DNA of 63,976 nt, counting the filler, from Trichomonas gallinae (lineage: Eukaryota), in NCBI GenBank assembly GCA_008369845.1. It is 8 parts of 8 records of this genome, joined end to end, with 100 filler letters (N's around TTAATTAATTAA, not from the genome) between each part and the next. Parts side by side here need not be neighbours in the genome. Positions count along the whole stretch, not along the records: positions 18,373 to 44,620 come from MRSU01000361.1; 7 more parts are not named here. One strand, 5' to 3'. Positions 22,251 through 33,438 of this stretch are shown piece by piece. Numbering within the stretch: position 1 is the first letter of the stretch; the number at the start of each line of letters is the position of its first letter. A program made the translations under genes and the position numbers. Below the pieces are notes generated by a model. It did no database searches. It saw only the letters and a program-made list of their open reading frames with translations, and was not told where the DNA came from.

Positions 22251-25200
22251 ATGAAAATAAAAAGATCTTATGAAGGCGGAAAAGTCAAAGCTGTTTGTTT
22301 TCATCAAATACGTCCTTGGCTGCTGGTGTCGTTTCATACAGGCGAAATCATTATTTTTGACTACCAGAATGATGTAGTTCTTCAAAAATACAAAGATTAT
22401 TTCGGCCCTGTAAGAGCTGTTGATTTTCATCTATCCGAAACATTGTTTGTGGCAGGTGGTGATGATGGATGTGTGAGAATTTACGACTTTCATAAAGAAT
22501 ATTGCATTTTCAGATTTATCGAACACACAGATTACATCAGATCCGTCCAGTTCCACAACACTCTACCACTTATTGTTACAGCTTCCGATGATCAGACAAT
22601 TGGGATCTTTAATTACAAGACTAGAACTCAAATTTATTCTATTTCAGGTCATGACATGATTGTTATGTCTGCTTTTTTCCACCCTGAACTTCCATACATT
22701 GTCTCATGCTCTCTTGATGAAAGTATTTTCGTATGGGACATTTCCAGATTATTACTTGATATTAATGGACCGAAAAAGTTTTCTTTTGGAGAAGTTTTGC
22801 TGGTATCCAGTTCTAGAGATAATATCGGCGGTGTATCATTCGTTAGTTGGCATCCAACTCAAAATAAAATTATTGCTTCCACTCCCGAGCGGAAAATTAT
22901 GATATTCTCAGAGAAATTAAATGAAATAGTAACAGTACATGCTCATGAAAAGAACATTACCTCTGTAAAATTCATGCCGCTGCTAGATTCAATAGTTTCC
23001 TGCTCAGAAGATGGAACTTTAAAAATACTTCGACAGGATTCGTGCAGAACAGTCGAAACACTCACAAAACCGACTAAGTTTTGGGGCCTTTCAATCCACA
23101 AATCTCTCCCACTTATTGCAGCGTGCCATGACTCTGGTTTCTACATTATCAAGGCAAGAAAGAACCGCCCCGCCTTCCAGAGGATAAAGCCGGGCGTGTT
23201 TGTTTATTATGACGAAGACCAGCTACGAAAATTTGATTACGCCAAAACATCAAATATTGTTATGTGTGTGGGCAAGAATTTGAGCAGCAACAAGCTAGAG
23301 AAGAATCCTCATTCGATACAATATAACGAAAGCGCAAACTTCGCCATGGTTAATTTTGGTAACAAGTTTTCCTTGCACAATCTCGAGCTTGGCAGTCGCG
23401 CAAATTTCGAAATAATTGACGGAGTGTCGCCGGTGTGGTTGAACAGAACAACTCTCTGCTACATGAGCGAGAACTTTCCAACAATCTACAAAAGAGAAAT
23501 TAGGAATAGCGATGCACAACCCGTGCACGTTGACTTCACGGGGAGACTATTTGCTGCTGGTAATGATTCTGTCTACATCGCGTCAGAAAGCCATGTGATC
23601 TTTTTCGATGTGCGCAAGGAGAAAAAGAAAGCATTCTGCGAGATTCCGCATATCAAGCAGATAATAAAGGGCGACAAGATTGCAATTATTGCAAGGGGAT
23701 CTCTGATCATTTCAGACAAAAACTTTTCGAATCAGGTACTAATCAGTGAAATAGACGACCCGAAGAGCGGCTTGTGGTTCTCAGACATTTTCTTTTTTAC
23801 TACGCGCAACCATCTTAAATACTGCCTTAAAAGTGGTGAAGTTGGGACTTTAAAGGCTCTCGATTCTCTGCTATATCTGGCAGACATCTCTGAACGCCAG
23901 GCCATATTAATTGGACCAGATTCATCCTTCAAAAAATTCGATATCGACATCAACGAAGCCCTTTTCAAGAACGAAATCCTTCGACGCGATCCTGAAGCAG
24001 CAATTCGCCTCCTTTCTCATTCTGACAAGATATCTTTCTCGCAATCAATCATCAGATATACTGCAAACGCTGGCTACCCATCTGTTGCAAAAGAGTTGTG
24101 TAGTGATTCCCGCCAAAAATTTGAGATGGCCATCGAAAGCTTCGACATTGCAACAGCAGAACGTTTCATCGACACACATGACAAAGGTGCATGCACAGTT
24201 CTTGCCGAAGCAGCATTTTCATGTGGCCGATTCAGGGAAGCAGAAAAGTACTACAGCTTAGCTGGCTGCGAAGACAAGCTTGGGTTCATTCTCCTTCTTG
24301 CAGGACAAACTCAGAAGCTTCGTGCATTAATGACTACATCCAATGACAGCTCTCTCGCCCTACAGATTGCGCTCTGGTTAGGCGACAATGAATTCGCAAC
24401 GAAGATCCTTGGTGAAGAAGCAGCAGGACTCTCCGAACATATGGTATCTGAAACGCGCAACTTGCCTGATTATAGAGTTGTCGACAATTGGCCTTTTCTA
24501 GAGATTAGAGAAGAAAATTTGAAGAAAGAAGTTATCGAAGAAGATAGTGAAGAAGAAAACAGCTGGGATGATGTTTATGTCGAGCAGTTTATAGCAGAAA
24601 AAGAAGAGCCAGCTCTGCCATATAAAGGTAGACCAGTTGAAGAGAGATGGGACAGCAACAGAGATTCTCCGCTCTCATTGATCCACCGTGGACTTTTCGG
24701 TGATGCAATATTTGTATTAAAAGAGCAGATTGGCCTGAAAGACGCATCTCTTCTCAGGGATATTTTCGTTGAGGAGTACATCGGCAGCCACATGATGGTT
24801 AACTCCTATACTTTTCCTATCAAACCGCCAGAAAATGCGCTAGATATTAAGTCGGCATTGGACTTTGTAAGTGCTGGAAAATTCAATCAAGCACTTTCCT
24901 TATTCCGCTCATTACTATTCAGAATGTGCTTACGCCCTTCTGCCCTCATCAAAGAGACAGCCATATATGTCCTCGCAATGGAGATGCTCATCGAAGCTGA
25001 AAGTGTTAAAAAGAGTGATGCTAAGCGTAGACTTGAGCTCCTCCTCAGAGTTTCCTCTCTTCGCCTAAGAGATGAGCACAGGATCCTGGCAGCAAAGACC
25101 GCGCTTAAAGCTTGCACCAGGCTCAGATGTTTTTCGACTGCAAGGAAACTTATATCAGCCCTACCAGAAAATATCCAATTAACCGCACCTACTGCTGGAG

Positions 25201-25388
25201 AGGATTCCCTGGATATTAGATTTGATTCTCGAAGGAGAATTAGCTCATCCAATTTCGAATATATCGAAGGAAAAATTTCTGAGTGCCCATTTTGCGGATC
25301 GATATACTCTTTAAGCGATAAAGGCAACATATGTAACATCTGCAACATTGCAGAGATTGGCCGATTTATTTCACATAATTTTCAATAA
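22251..25388 (+). CDS. COPA: Coatomer subunit alpha (alpha-COP), divergent
   Basis: N-terminal KVKAVCFHQIRPWLLVSFHTG, GPVRAVDFH, HTDYIRSVQFH, ASDDQTI; C-terminal CPFCG...CNICNIAEIG as in alpha-COP. ATG at 22251. Confidence 0.88.
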   Translation: MKIKRSYEGGKVKAVCFHQIRPWLLVSFHTGEIIIFDYQNDVVLQKYKDYFGPVRAVDFHLSETLFVAGGDDGCVRIYDFHKEYCIFRFIEHTDYIRSVQFHNTLPLIVTASDDQTIGIFNYKTRTQIYSISGHDMIVMSAFFHPELPYIVSCSLDESIFVWDISRLLLDINGPKKFSFGEVLLVSSSRDNIGGVSFVSWHPTQNKIIASTPERKIMIFSEKLNEIVTVHAHEKNITSVKFMPLLDSIVSCSEDGTLKILRQDSCRTVETLTKPTKFWGLSIHKSLPLIAACHDSGFYIIKARKNRPAFQRIKPGVFVYYDEDQLRKFDYAKTSNIVMCVGKNLSSNKLEKNPHSIQYNESANFAMVNFGNKFSLHNLELGSRANFEIIDGVSPVWLNRTTLCYMSENFPTIYKREIRNSDAQPVHVDFTGRLFAAGNDSVYIASESHVIFFDVRKEKKKAFCEIPHIKQIIKGDKIAIIARGSLIISDKNFSNQVLISEIDDPKSGLWFSDIFFFTTRNHLKYCLKSGEVGTLKALDSLLYLADISERQAILIGPDSSFKKFDIDINEALFKNEILRRDPEAAIRLLSHSDKISFSQSIIRYTANAGYPSVAKELCSDSRQKFEMAIESFDIATAERFIDTHDKGACTVLAEAAFSCGRFREAEKYYSLAGCEDKLGFILLLAGQTQKLRALMTTSNDSSLALQIALWLGDNEFATKILGEEAAGLSEHMVSETRNLPDYRVVDNWPFLEIREENLKKEVIEEDSEEENSWDDVYVEQFIAEKEEPALPYKGRPVEERWDSNRDSPLSLIHRGLFGDAIFVLKEQIGLKDASLLRDIFVEEYIGSHMMVNSYTFPIKPPENALDIKSALDFVSAGKFNQALSLFRSLLFRMCLRPSALIKETAIYVLAMEMLIEAESVKKSDAKRRLELLLRVSSLRLRDEHRILAAKTALKACTRLRCFSTARKLISALPENIQLTAPTAGEDSLDIRFDSRRRISSSNFEYIEGKISECPFCGSIYSLSDKGNICNICNIAEIGRFISHNFQ

Positions 25389-25773
25389 ATGTTTGTTTTT
25401 CTTGTGTTATATAAACAGATTTCACTCATGGTCATGTTCTGTTGCCTTTTTTCCATCTCAGTTGAGTTCGAATTCTCACTTTTTTACTTTTTTCAAATAA
25501 TTGGCACACACCAAATCTTATCATAGCATCATATTGCATCATTTTCCCAACAAAGCCCATTATTTTCATCGTCACTTTTAATTGCACAATTCGCCTGCAT
25601 TCTTTGTGTATCGTAAAGCGTCGTAAATTTCGCTGTCATAATCGTCGGCTATTTCTCTTTCAATAAATTGTGAGATATTAATCGCAGTGTCTCTATGTGC
25701 AGCATTGATTCGTATTGCAACAAAAAAGAATTGAATGAACCCATCATCTTCATTGAAAACCATAAGTTGAGAA

Positions 25774-26220
25774 ATGTTCTCATCCATGATGTCCTCGGAC
25801 TACTCAAGTGATAGCAACGAGAGCGACCACCACGTTGTCTTCCCAGATATATTCACACTTATGGGATCTCGCGGTGTTTTTATTAATAAGAATCAGATGT
25901 CAATATTTCCACAAGAAAGTATTCTCATCCAAGAAGTTACTGTATCTCCTGTCCAAAATCCAATAAAGACGCGCAAAGAAGGAAAGAGAACACTTTTCAC
26001 TGATTCACAACGATCAATTTTGATGCATTGGCTCAAGAATCATCAGTATAACCCATATCCAACATCTGCTGAGAAGCAAGAGCTTATGGAGAAGACTGGT
26101 CTAAATCGCGATCAGATCAATGTTTGGTTTACGAATAACAGAGTCAGACATGGAATGTCATGCTCTTCACAGCACCATGGAAAGAGTGCGCATGTTTATG
26201 GCCATGGCTATAAGCTTTAA
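25774..26220 (+). CDS. TALE-class homeobox protein
   Basis: WLKNHQYNPYPT...EKTGL...QINVWFTNNRVR, with the three-amino-acid loop extension and PYP. Confidence 0.9.
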   Translation: MFSSMMSSDYSSDSNESDHHVVFPDIFTLMGSRGVFINKNQMSIFPQESILIQEVTVSPVQNPIKTRKEGKRTLFTDSQRSILMHWLKNHQYNPYPTSAEKQELMEKTGLNRDQINVWFTNNRVRHGMSCSSQHHGKSAHVYGHGYKL

Positions 26221-27860
26221 TTCTTTGCTTTTTGTTTTTCTGTTTGTATGGATAAAAATTGTTTTATTAATGTTATATTTATGCTATTAGACTGCTTATT
26301 TTTATTATTTTACGAAACTTAAAGTTAAACTTATGATTGAAATTTTCAACTTTGATATTACACGAATACCAACTTGAAAATTTGCTTTTTACAAGCCAGT
26401 GATTACAACTATATCGTCCAATTTCTCAAATGAACCAATTTTTGAATTAGTCATATTTTCTTTTTTTTTTAATTATATATACAAAAAATTCAAAATTTAG
26501 GATATCTTTAAATAATTTTCAAAAATAAAATATATTTCATTGCACTATAATATGAGCTGGTTGGTATTATGCACACGAAATGGGGGTAATAACCTTTTTT
26601 CTCTATTTTCCTAAAATTATTCAGCATTTTAACATAGATTTCCACATGATAATACATACATTTAAAATTCTCATTTATATAAGCTCTGAATAAAGAAAAT
26701 GCATAAATACTGATGAAGAAATCGGAGATATTGTTTAGGAAATATTTCCTCAAAACAATACTGCATCTTATCTGATGTACACTGCTTCCATGAGTATAAA
26801 TATGTCATATTACAAAATTTTCATCTTCTACGCGGTTATACAGGAAACATCGACAAATAATAAATTTCCTGATCCAAATTTTCAACCAGAATCTAAATTA
26901 ATATTAGAGGAATTTCCTATCCAACCTAATGACCTGTTAATGCAGCGGTAGCAAAGGAGAATTATTGATCTTTAGTTGGTCATGCCGAAACGAACCATAA
27001 AGGTTACATTTCAACAAACAGCATAATTTAAGAATATCCGTTAAATCTTTCGCGTAGAAAGGCAATTTTTCGAATAATTTTAATAATTTTCTTGATTGTA
27101 TTGTCTTGTTAACTTGCATGCTTATTATATTTGCAGTACGCTGATAACAGCCGTAGCAATAGATCAAAATGGATCGAAAAATTGATCTTTTTTCTTTTAA
27201 ATCGATTTCGCACTCACAAATGAAACGCATTGCCTTTTTGGTCCGGATATTTATTATACATTAAAATGGCAGTCAGAGCTAATTTTTTTTAAAAATTCGA
27301 TTTCGTGAAATTAATCAATGGTGAATCTTATGATGAAATGTCTCCATATTTGTTATATAATCAAACGCTGAAAGGAAATCAACCATTAATAGGACAGTTT
27401 CATAAAATCTTGACTTGATTGAAAGCGTTCTTCGAAAATCTCAATAATTTGCTCTCCCATACGACGAATAACATGAAAAACAGGCAAACTATTCGTGATC
27501 TCAGCATGCGATATAAAATTGAATATATTCAATCCATTTTTGTTAAGAAAAAAAAAATTGAATATCTACACTTTTGAGAGCTTTATATTTTATCAGTTCC
27601 AGGTTATCACCAAATCCAAGTTACAAATTAAAATTTATACCAGTTTAAAAATTGAATTATAACGGATGTATGTTAATAAGAGCTTACTGTGAGCGATATT
27701 TAAACTCGAAATAATCCTCACAAATTTGTATATTTTTCAATGCGCTGAAACTCAGTGTAAGCTTTACAATTATCAAACTCAGCTCACACATCAATGGTGA
27801 TATGCCAAATGCAAATAATTTTCGATAATTTTTTTTATTCAAAAACTTATAAAACTTCAA

Positions 27861-28847
27861 ATGACCCCTGCTGAAATGACTAACGAGCAGATCGCAAACA
27901 AGATCGTTTCTTTGATAGAAAGCTGCAAGATCCAGCAGAAAATACTCAAGTGGCTTTCATTGGATTACTTGAAATGGCTGAACACGAATGTCCGCGAATT
28001 TCTCAAAGTCGAACCAAACGTTGTATACTTAGAAGGAAGATTCGTAATTGTTGGAGATTTACACGGCCAGCTCTGTGACTTGGATAGAATTTTGTACAAT
28101 ACGTTTGCGCAGGAGAATACGAAATACGTATTCTTGGGTGATTACGTCGATCGAGGATCATACTCTCTTGAAGTTATATCTCTCCTATTTACGCTTAAGG
28201 TTCTATATCCAAACCGCATTCTGCTCTTGAGAGGAAATCATGAATGCAGATATCTAACCACCATCTATGGATTTAAGGAAGAATGCATATCAAAGACAAA
28301 CGAAGAAGTATATAATATGTTTGTTGAATCGTTTCAAACTTTACCGCTTTGCGCGATTTTAAATAACAAAATATTCTGCGTACATGGAGGAATTAGCCAA
28401 TATATTCAAACAATTGCAGACATCATGGTAATTGACAGGTTCCATGAAGTTCCAAGTGAAGGTCCAATGATGGATCTGCTTTGGGCGGATCCCGATGAAG
28501 ATGTCGATACTTTTGAAGAATCAGAAAGAGGCAAGACATATACATTCGGTCTTAAACCAACTCTCGATTTCCTTAAAAAGAACAAATTAGCGCTCATATT
28601 ACGCGGTCATGAGTGCGTTGATGACGGATTTGACTACCCATTCGAATACCTAGAAAAAGCAGGATGCAAGTGCATCTTAACAATCTTTTCCGCATCCGAT
28701 TATATCGATTGCGAAAATGATGCTGCCTATGGAGTTTACGAGCGTAAACTCGAATTCCACTCATTACCAATCATAAAGAAACAGGCCGAAAAAACAGAAT
28801 CCGCCAATAATACTCCAGAACCTGCTAATAATTCCCAATCTGCTTAA
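27861..28847 (+). CDS. PPP-family Ser/Thr protein phosphatase
   Basis: GDLHG, GDYVDRG, RGNHE, HGG, DLLWADP and RGHE motifs. Confidence 0.95.
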   Translation: MTPAEMTNEQIANKIVSLIESCKIQQKILKWLSLDYLKWLNTNVREFLKVEPNVVYLEGRFVIVGDLHGQLCDLDRILYNTFAQENTKYVFLGDYVDRGSYSLEVISLLFTLKVLYPNRILLLRGNHECRYLTTIYGFKEECISKTNEEVYNMFVESFQTLPLCAILNNKIFCVHGGISQYIQTIADIMVIDRFHEVPSEGPMMDLLWADPDEDVDTFEESERGKTYTFGLKPTLDFLKKNKLALILRGHECVDDGFDYPFEYLEKAGCKCILTIFSASDYIDCENDAAYGVYERKLEFHSLPIIKKQAEKTESANNTPEPANNSQSA

Positions 28848-29128
28848 GGCTCACAAATTGTTTGTTTATTTAACGTATACTATCCTGTATTATCATGTAA
28901 ATATATATTTTACTGTCACAACTCCATCATTTTTTATATTTGCCAATCTTAATTTGTCCGCTTTTTTTCATTTATTTTGTCATAAAAAGGAATCTTTTGC
29001 ATTGATGGATAGATTTGATAATTTTTAAAAGAAAATTTGACTCAAAATTTTACATGTCAATTTCATTTACAAAAATTTTATCAAAGCAAGAAATATAATT
29101 TACACAAATATAAAATATATAAATAGTC

Positions 29129-30682
29129 TCAGATGGATTTTTCATCCCAAATTTGAATAACATTGTCTTCACCATGCGAAACAAAGGCATGCATCGATTC
29201 GCAATAAACCAACCCATAAGATCCTTTTTGGTGCGCGGGGAAGCTCTCAAGGATTGATCCGCTCGTTGCGCCGAAGACGTATATCTTCCCATCATCGCTG
29301 CCAGACAGGACCGTTCTGTCATCAGGGCCGAAGCAAGATCGGACAAAGTGCTTTGACGTGTTCTGATGGCCACGGAGGAGATTGACTGCCTCAGACATTC
29401 TCATATCCCAGATTCTTATCGTCGAGTTCTTCGTTGAGCCAAGTATGCATGAGAAGCTTCTGTCCGCGTGTACAGAAGTGACTTCGCTGAGGACAGGGGA
29501 GAGCTCTCTGACGACGAGCGCGTTTCTGATATCCCATATCTTGATGGAGAGATCTTTTCCTCCTGTGACGGCCATGTTGCCTGACGGGTCGAAGAGGACG
29601 GATGTGATCGAGGCCTGGTGGCCCTGCTTCTTGAAGACTGGCTTGCCGGACTCAACGTCGTATAGGCAGAAGGTTCTGTCGAAGCCTGCGGTGATAAGCT
29701 TTTGGCCACTAGAGTCCATGTCGACGCTGTATATGTCATTTGCGAAGTCGTGAATAGTGTAGCGCGTTTCACGGCTCTGCAAGTTCCAGATTCTAACGGT
29801 GCCATCGCCGCCGGCTGATGCAGCAACGTTTGGCTTCTTTGCAACAACAGACCAGACGCGCCCGGTGTGGCCTTTGAGGACGCATGATTTCATCTTCCTC
29901 TTCAGATCCCAGACGATGACATTGGAGTCAGCGCCTCCAGAAATCAATGTGTCAGTGCCAGGAATGACGGAGATCGTTTTGATTGGACCCTTGTGCTCAA
30001 CTGGGAGAGAACGTGGGTTGCAAGATGGCAAAACAGCTGGTTTGAAGTTGTTGACGATTGATTTGACGGCACCTCTTGGATAACATGAAAGTTGCAACGA
30101 AACAGCTTGCTGCATCAGTCTGACAAGTCTGCCTTTCGGGATATTATCCGAACGCTGTGAGGGCGTGTAATTGACATGTTCGAGACTGGTGTCGACAAGG
30201 GAAAGGAGCTTTTCGAGAGCTTCGGCAAGGTTTGGAGGAGTTTCTACTCCAGAAGCTGATGCTGAATCAACTAATAAAAGGCAAAGTGAGTCGAAATCTC
30301 CGCTTGGGTCCTCAAAAGCTTTATACGGTCTCAAGCGTGTAGAAAGAAATTGTAGTGCAGAATGTGCATCGCCAGATACGACAAGTTCGAGAAAATGATA
30401 ACGATAAAGTTGATAAATAAATCTTGGTGATTGAGATTTGTCGAGTTGAAGTGCTTCGATTTGTGTCCAATCGCCATTTTTCAGCGAATTTTTAAGTAAA
30501 TTCATTTCCTGTTTTCTATCTGAATCTTTTGACGAATTTATTTTTGCTTCATCGCTCAAAATTTGAGCAGATGACCTGAAACCTGTCTCATCGAGATACT
30601 GCGTGATCATCATCAGTATCTCCTTCTTTATCTTCTCATCGTTGGGGTCAAAGTACTCATTCTGCCCGCTTTGCCCCTTCAT
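29129..30682 (-). CDS. LisH/CTLH + WD40 repeat protein
   Basis: LisH (ILMMITQYLDETGFRSSAQILSDE), CTLH-like helices, about 7 WD repeats (GH...WD). Confidence 0.85.
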   Translation of the reverse strand: MKGQSGQNEYFDPNDEKIKKEILMMITQYLDETGFRSSAQILSDEAKINSSKDSDRKQEMNLLKNSLKNGDWTQIEALQLDKSQSPRFIYQLYRYHFLELVVSGDAHSALQFLSTRLRPYKAFEDPSGDFDSLCLLLVDSASASGVETPPNLAEALEKLLSLVDTSLEHVNYTPSQRSDNIPKGRLVRLMQQAVSLQLSCYPRGAVKSIVNNFKPAVLPSCNPRSLPVEHKGPIKTISVIPGTDTLISGGADSNVIVWDLKRKMKSCVLKGHTGRVWSVVAKKPNVAASAGGDGTVRIWNLQSRETRYTIHDFANDIYSVDMDSSGQKLITAGFDRTFCLYDVESGKPVFKKQGHQASITSVLFDPSGNMAVTGGKDLSIKIWDIRNALVVRELSPVLSEVTSVHADRSFSCILGSTKNSTIRIWDMRMSEAVNLLRGHQNTSKHFVRSCFGPDDRTVLSGSDDGKIYVFGATSGSILESFPAHQKGSYGLVYCESMHAFVSHGEDNVIQIWDEKSI

Positions 30683-30691
30683 TATAATATT

Positions 30692-30699
30692 GTCACTTT
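30692..30699 (-). promoter_or_regulatory. AAAGTGAC core-promoter-like motif (resembles T. vaginalis M2)
   Basis: Lies 9 nt upstream of the WD40 ATG within the 41-bp IFT88-WD40 intergenic region; motif identity is from recall of trichomonad promoter studies. Confidence 0.4.
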
Positions 30700-30723
30700 T
30701 ATAAAAATACGAAAAAAATGAGT

Positions 30724-32901
30724 TTAGTCAGGTAGGTCGATATCGACGTCATCCCACATATTTCCATCACCTTCTCCAGCTCTAGCGTTCTGGACCATTC
30801 CGTTTGCCGAGGCGTCGACGCTCAAAGCCGGGGCGACGACATTTTCCTTCCTTCCACCGCCAAAGTCCATCACATTGTCCGGCTGGCGCTGCTGCGGTCC
30901 CCCAAAGTCTCCACCAAACTGCTGCGGCTGGAATCCGATTGGCATGGCGTCTTGCTGCTGCTGTGCTTCCATCTCTTCCTGCTGCATAAGTGCGATTCTC
31001 TCCATGAGGTCCTTGTAAAGGCGCTGGTAGTAGTCGGCCTTCGCAGAGAGACCCATCTCTGTTGTGAGCTTGATGAGGTGCTCAAGACACTGCTTGTTGT
31101 TCGGGTCAAGCTGCATGACTTTCTCGTATGTTGTGAGGGCTTCCTGTTTCTGATCCATGTTACGATGGCAGGATGCGACCATCATCAAGTAGCGTGGCTG
31201 TTTCGGTGCGAGTTCTGCTGCGCGCTCGAAGAACTTGAGAGCAGAGTCGTATGACTGTTTCTTTCTGAAGTATGAGCCAAGCCACTGAATGACGTCGATG
31301 TCTGATGGACAGTACTTGTATGATTCTGTGTAGCACTGGAAAGCCTGCGCCTCGTTCTGATCGCGGTCCCAGATGGCGGCAAGGCGGCGCCAGATCGCTG
31401 GGTCCTTTGGCTGAAGGTTGATGAGTCTGTGGAGCCACTCGATGGCATTGGTGTTAACACCTGCCTTTTCGTAGCAGTCGGAAATCTCGAATGCAACTTC
31501 TGGTGACTTGGGGATGATGCGGTTGAGTTTCTCGAAGACTTGGAGGGCTTCGTCGTACTGACCCATCATCTTTGAGACGACACCGAGGTTGTAAAGGGCT
31601 TCAACACAGTCTGCCTCGACACCAATAGCTTCGAGGTACTGATCGCGAGCTTCTTCCTCGTGGTTGGACTGCATGAGGCAGTTACCCTTGTTGACGAGAG
31701 CCTGAGCGTTGTATTTGTCGTGCTCAAGGGCAATGTCCGCGTACTTGTCTGCGTTCTCGTAGTCCTGCTCGAGATAGTAGAGGAAGGAAAGATTTGTCGC
31801 CGCAAGAGCCATGAGGGCTGGGTCTTTCTTGCGAATCTGCCTGAGAATTTCGATCGCCTTGTCTGCGTTGCGGTGGTTGAGGTGAGCAAGTGAGTAAGCG
31901 ATTTCGAATTCTCCAGTTGCTTCTGGGAATTTGGACTGCTTGAGCTTCTGGAATACGAAGTCATAGGCCTCCTGCCAGTCCTTGTCGCTCTTGGAGGCAA
32001 CAAGGCGGCTGGCGAGCATAACAAGTCTGACTTGTTCTCTGCGCTCAACATGAAGCTGGTTTCCGAGGACATCACTCTCAGCGAGATCACCAATTGTTGT
32101 CACTGGCTTAACACCGAGGAGTCCTTTATATGCTTCGCGCATATCTTCTGTAGATGAGAGAATGGCGTGGCAAAGGACTAAGTTAAAGCCTGTCTTGATC
32201 GATGGATCAACGCGCATAGCTGTCTCGAAAGAAGAGAGAGCTTGGTGGTATTGGCCAAGACAGATCTGAGCAACACCACATGCATGATTGAAGCGGGCCT
32301 TAAACCTGTTGTGCTCTGGTTTCAAGTAATTGATACCCATGTTATAATTCTTAACAGCTTCCTCATATTTGTTTAAAGCCATGTTAATATTTCCAATTTC
32401 AAGGTATGCCATGAATTGGTTTGGATATTCATGATCTTTAAGAAGCCTTTCATAGCGGTGAATTGCTTCGTCGTAGTTTGTGTTCGCTTTGTACGCGTCG
32501 GCAAGTTGCATCAAGACTGTGTATTTATAAGTCTTGAATTCAGCCTCTTCGACGTTCTTTGATGTGATGAAATCCTGGAGTGCCTTCATTTGTGTCTCAG
32601 CTTCCTTAGCTTTGCTGAGAGCGAGGACAGGGTCCGGAGGATCTGCTTTTAACGCTTGTGAAGATGCGACAATTGCATCCATAATATCTTTCTTGAATTT
32701 CCTGACTTTGTTTTCTGGCGAATCGCTTGTATCTTTGATGAATTGCGCGAAAGAATCTCGAACGTGATCGAGTGGTGATATGACTTTCTTGCCACCAGAG
32801 GTGTTGAGACCACCAGAGCTGTATCCGGCGCCCTTACGTGAGGACATTGGACGTGAGGATGTCGGTGGTCTAGCGCGTGATGATGTTAATCTTGAGGTCA
32901 T
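30724..32901 (-). CDS. IFT88: Intraflagellar transport protein 88 (TPR protein)
   Basis: AATNLSFLYYLE..YENADKYADIA..DKYNAQALVNKGNC and EAIGVEADCVEALYNLG are typical IFT88 TPR blocks. Confidence 0.93.
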   Translation of the reverse strand: MTSRLTSSRARPPTSSRPMSSRKGAGYSSGGLNTSGGKKVISPLDHVRDSFAQFIKDTSDSPENKVRKFKKDIMDAIVASSQALKADPPDPVLALSKAKEAETQMKALQDFITSKNVEEAEFKTYKYTVLMQLADAYKANTNYDEAIHRYERLLKDHEYPNQFMAYLEIGNINMALNKYEEAVKNYNMGINYLKPEHNRFKARFNHACGVAQICLGQYHQALSSFETAMRVDPSIKTGFNLVLCHAILSSTEDMREAYKGLLGVKPVTTIGDLAESDVLGNQLHVERREQVRLVMLASRLVASKSDKDWQEAYDFVFQKLKQSKFPEATGEFEIAYSLAHLNHRNADKAIEILRQIRKKDPALMALAATNLSFLYYLEQDYENADKYADIALEHDKYNAQALVNKGNCLMQSNHEEEARDQYLEAIGVEADCVEALYNLGVVSKMMGQYDEALQVFEKLNRIIPKSPEVAFEISDCYEKAGVNTNAIEWLHRLINLQPKDPAIWRRLAAIWDRDQNEAQAFQCYTESYKYCPSDIDVIQWLGSYFRKKQSYDSALKFFERAAELAPKQPRYLMMVASCHRNMDQKQEALTTYEKVMQLDPNNKQCLEHLIKLTTEMGLSAKADYYQRLYKDLMERIALMQQEEMEAQQQQDAMPIGFQPQQFGGDFGGPQQRQPDNVMDFGGGRKENVVAPALSVDASANGMVQNARAGEGDGNMWDDVDIDLPD

Positions 32902-33438
32902 TAAATTTTTTTATATACGTTATTAATTTTTTTTTTCTTCAGCAAATTTCTTATCATTCACTGTAGCATTAAATTTTGTTTATACAAAATAATAAACGTA
33001 ATTTTTAAACTCCCTTTTTTTTTGTTCAAGACCCTAAAAATTCATGATCGAACTATTTTGCTATTGTTGTCATTCATTGGCGAGATCTATTGATTTCTAT
33101 GGTAAACATCGATTTAGTATATCAAAGGTTTGATAGGTTTTTTATAGAATATATGAATTATTAGTGTTTTATTCTAAATTTATTGTAAGTCAATGACTAT
33201 TATACATGTTACTATTTGTTTTAGTCCTATCAGATCGTTTTTAAAAGAACATTTTTGAAAAAAACAATAACAAAGTTTATGATAATTTTTGATTGAGTCT
33301 TACATTTGATGATAACATGCTACTTCAGAAATACAATAAGTGAAGTATGTTGCTCACTATAGGCTCAACAATACAAGAAATCTTTCTAATTTTTAATATC
33401 TAATGAGATAACTTAACAAATCATGATATATAACATGT

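Noticed and set aside
6548..26220. HMG-box plus TALE homeobox genes as a mating-type-like locus
   Set aside because: Both families are multi-copy in trichomonads, and the genes are about 19 kb apart across a gap; no specific evidence.
26650..27240. Short ORFs and coding-like fragments between the homeobox and phosphatase genes
   Set aside because: Fragmented, AT-rich, no recognisable domain.
29382..32767. Numerous antisense and alternate-frame ORFs over the WD40 and IFT88 genes
   Set aside because: Expected shadows of GC-rich biased codon usage; no motifs of their own.
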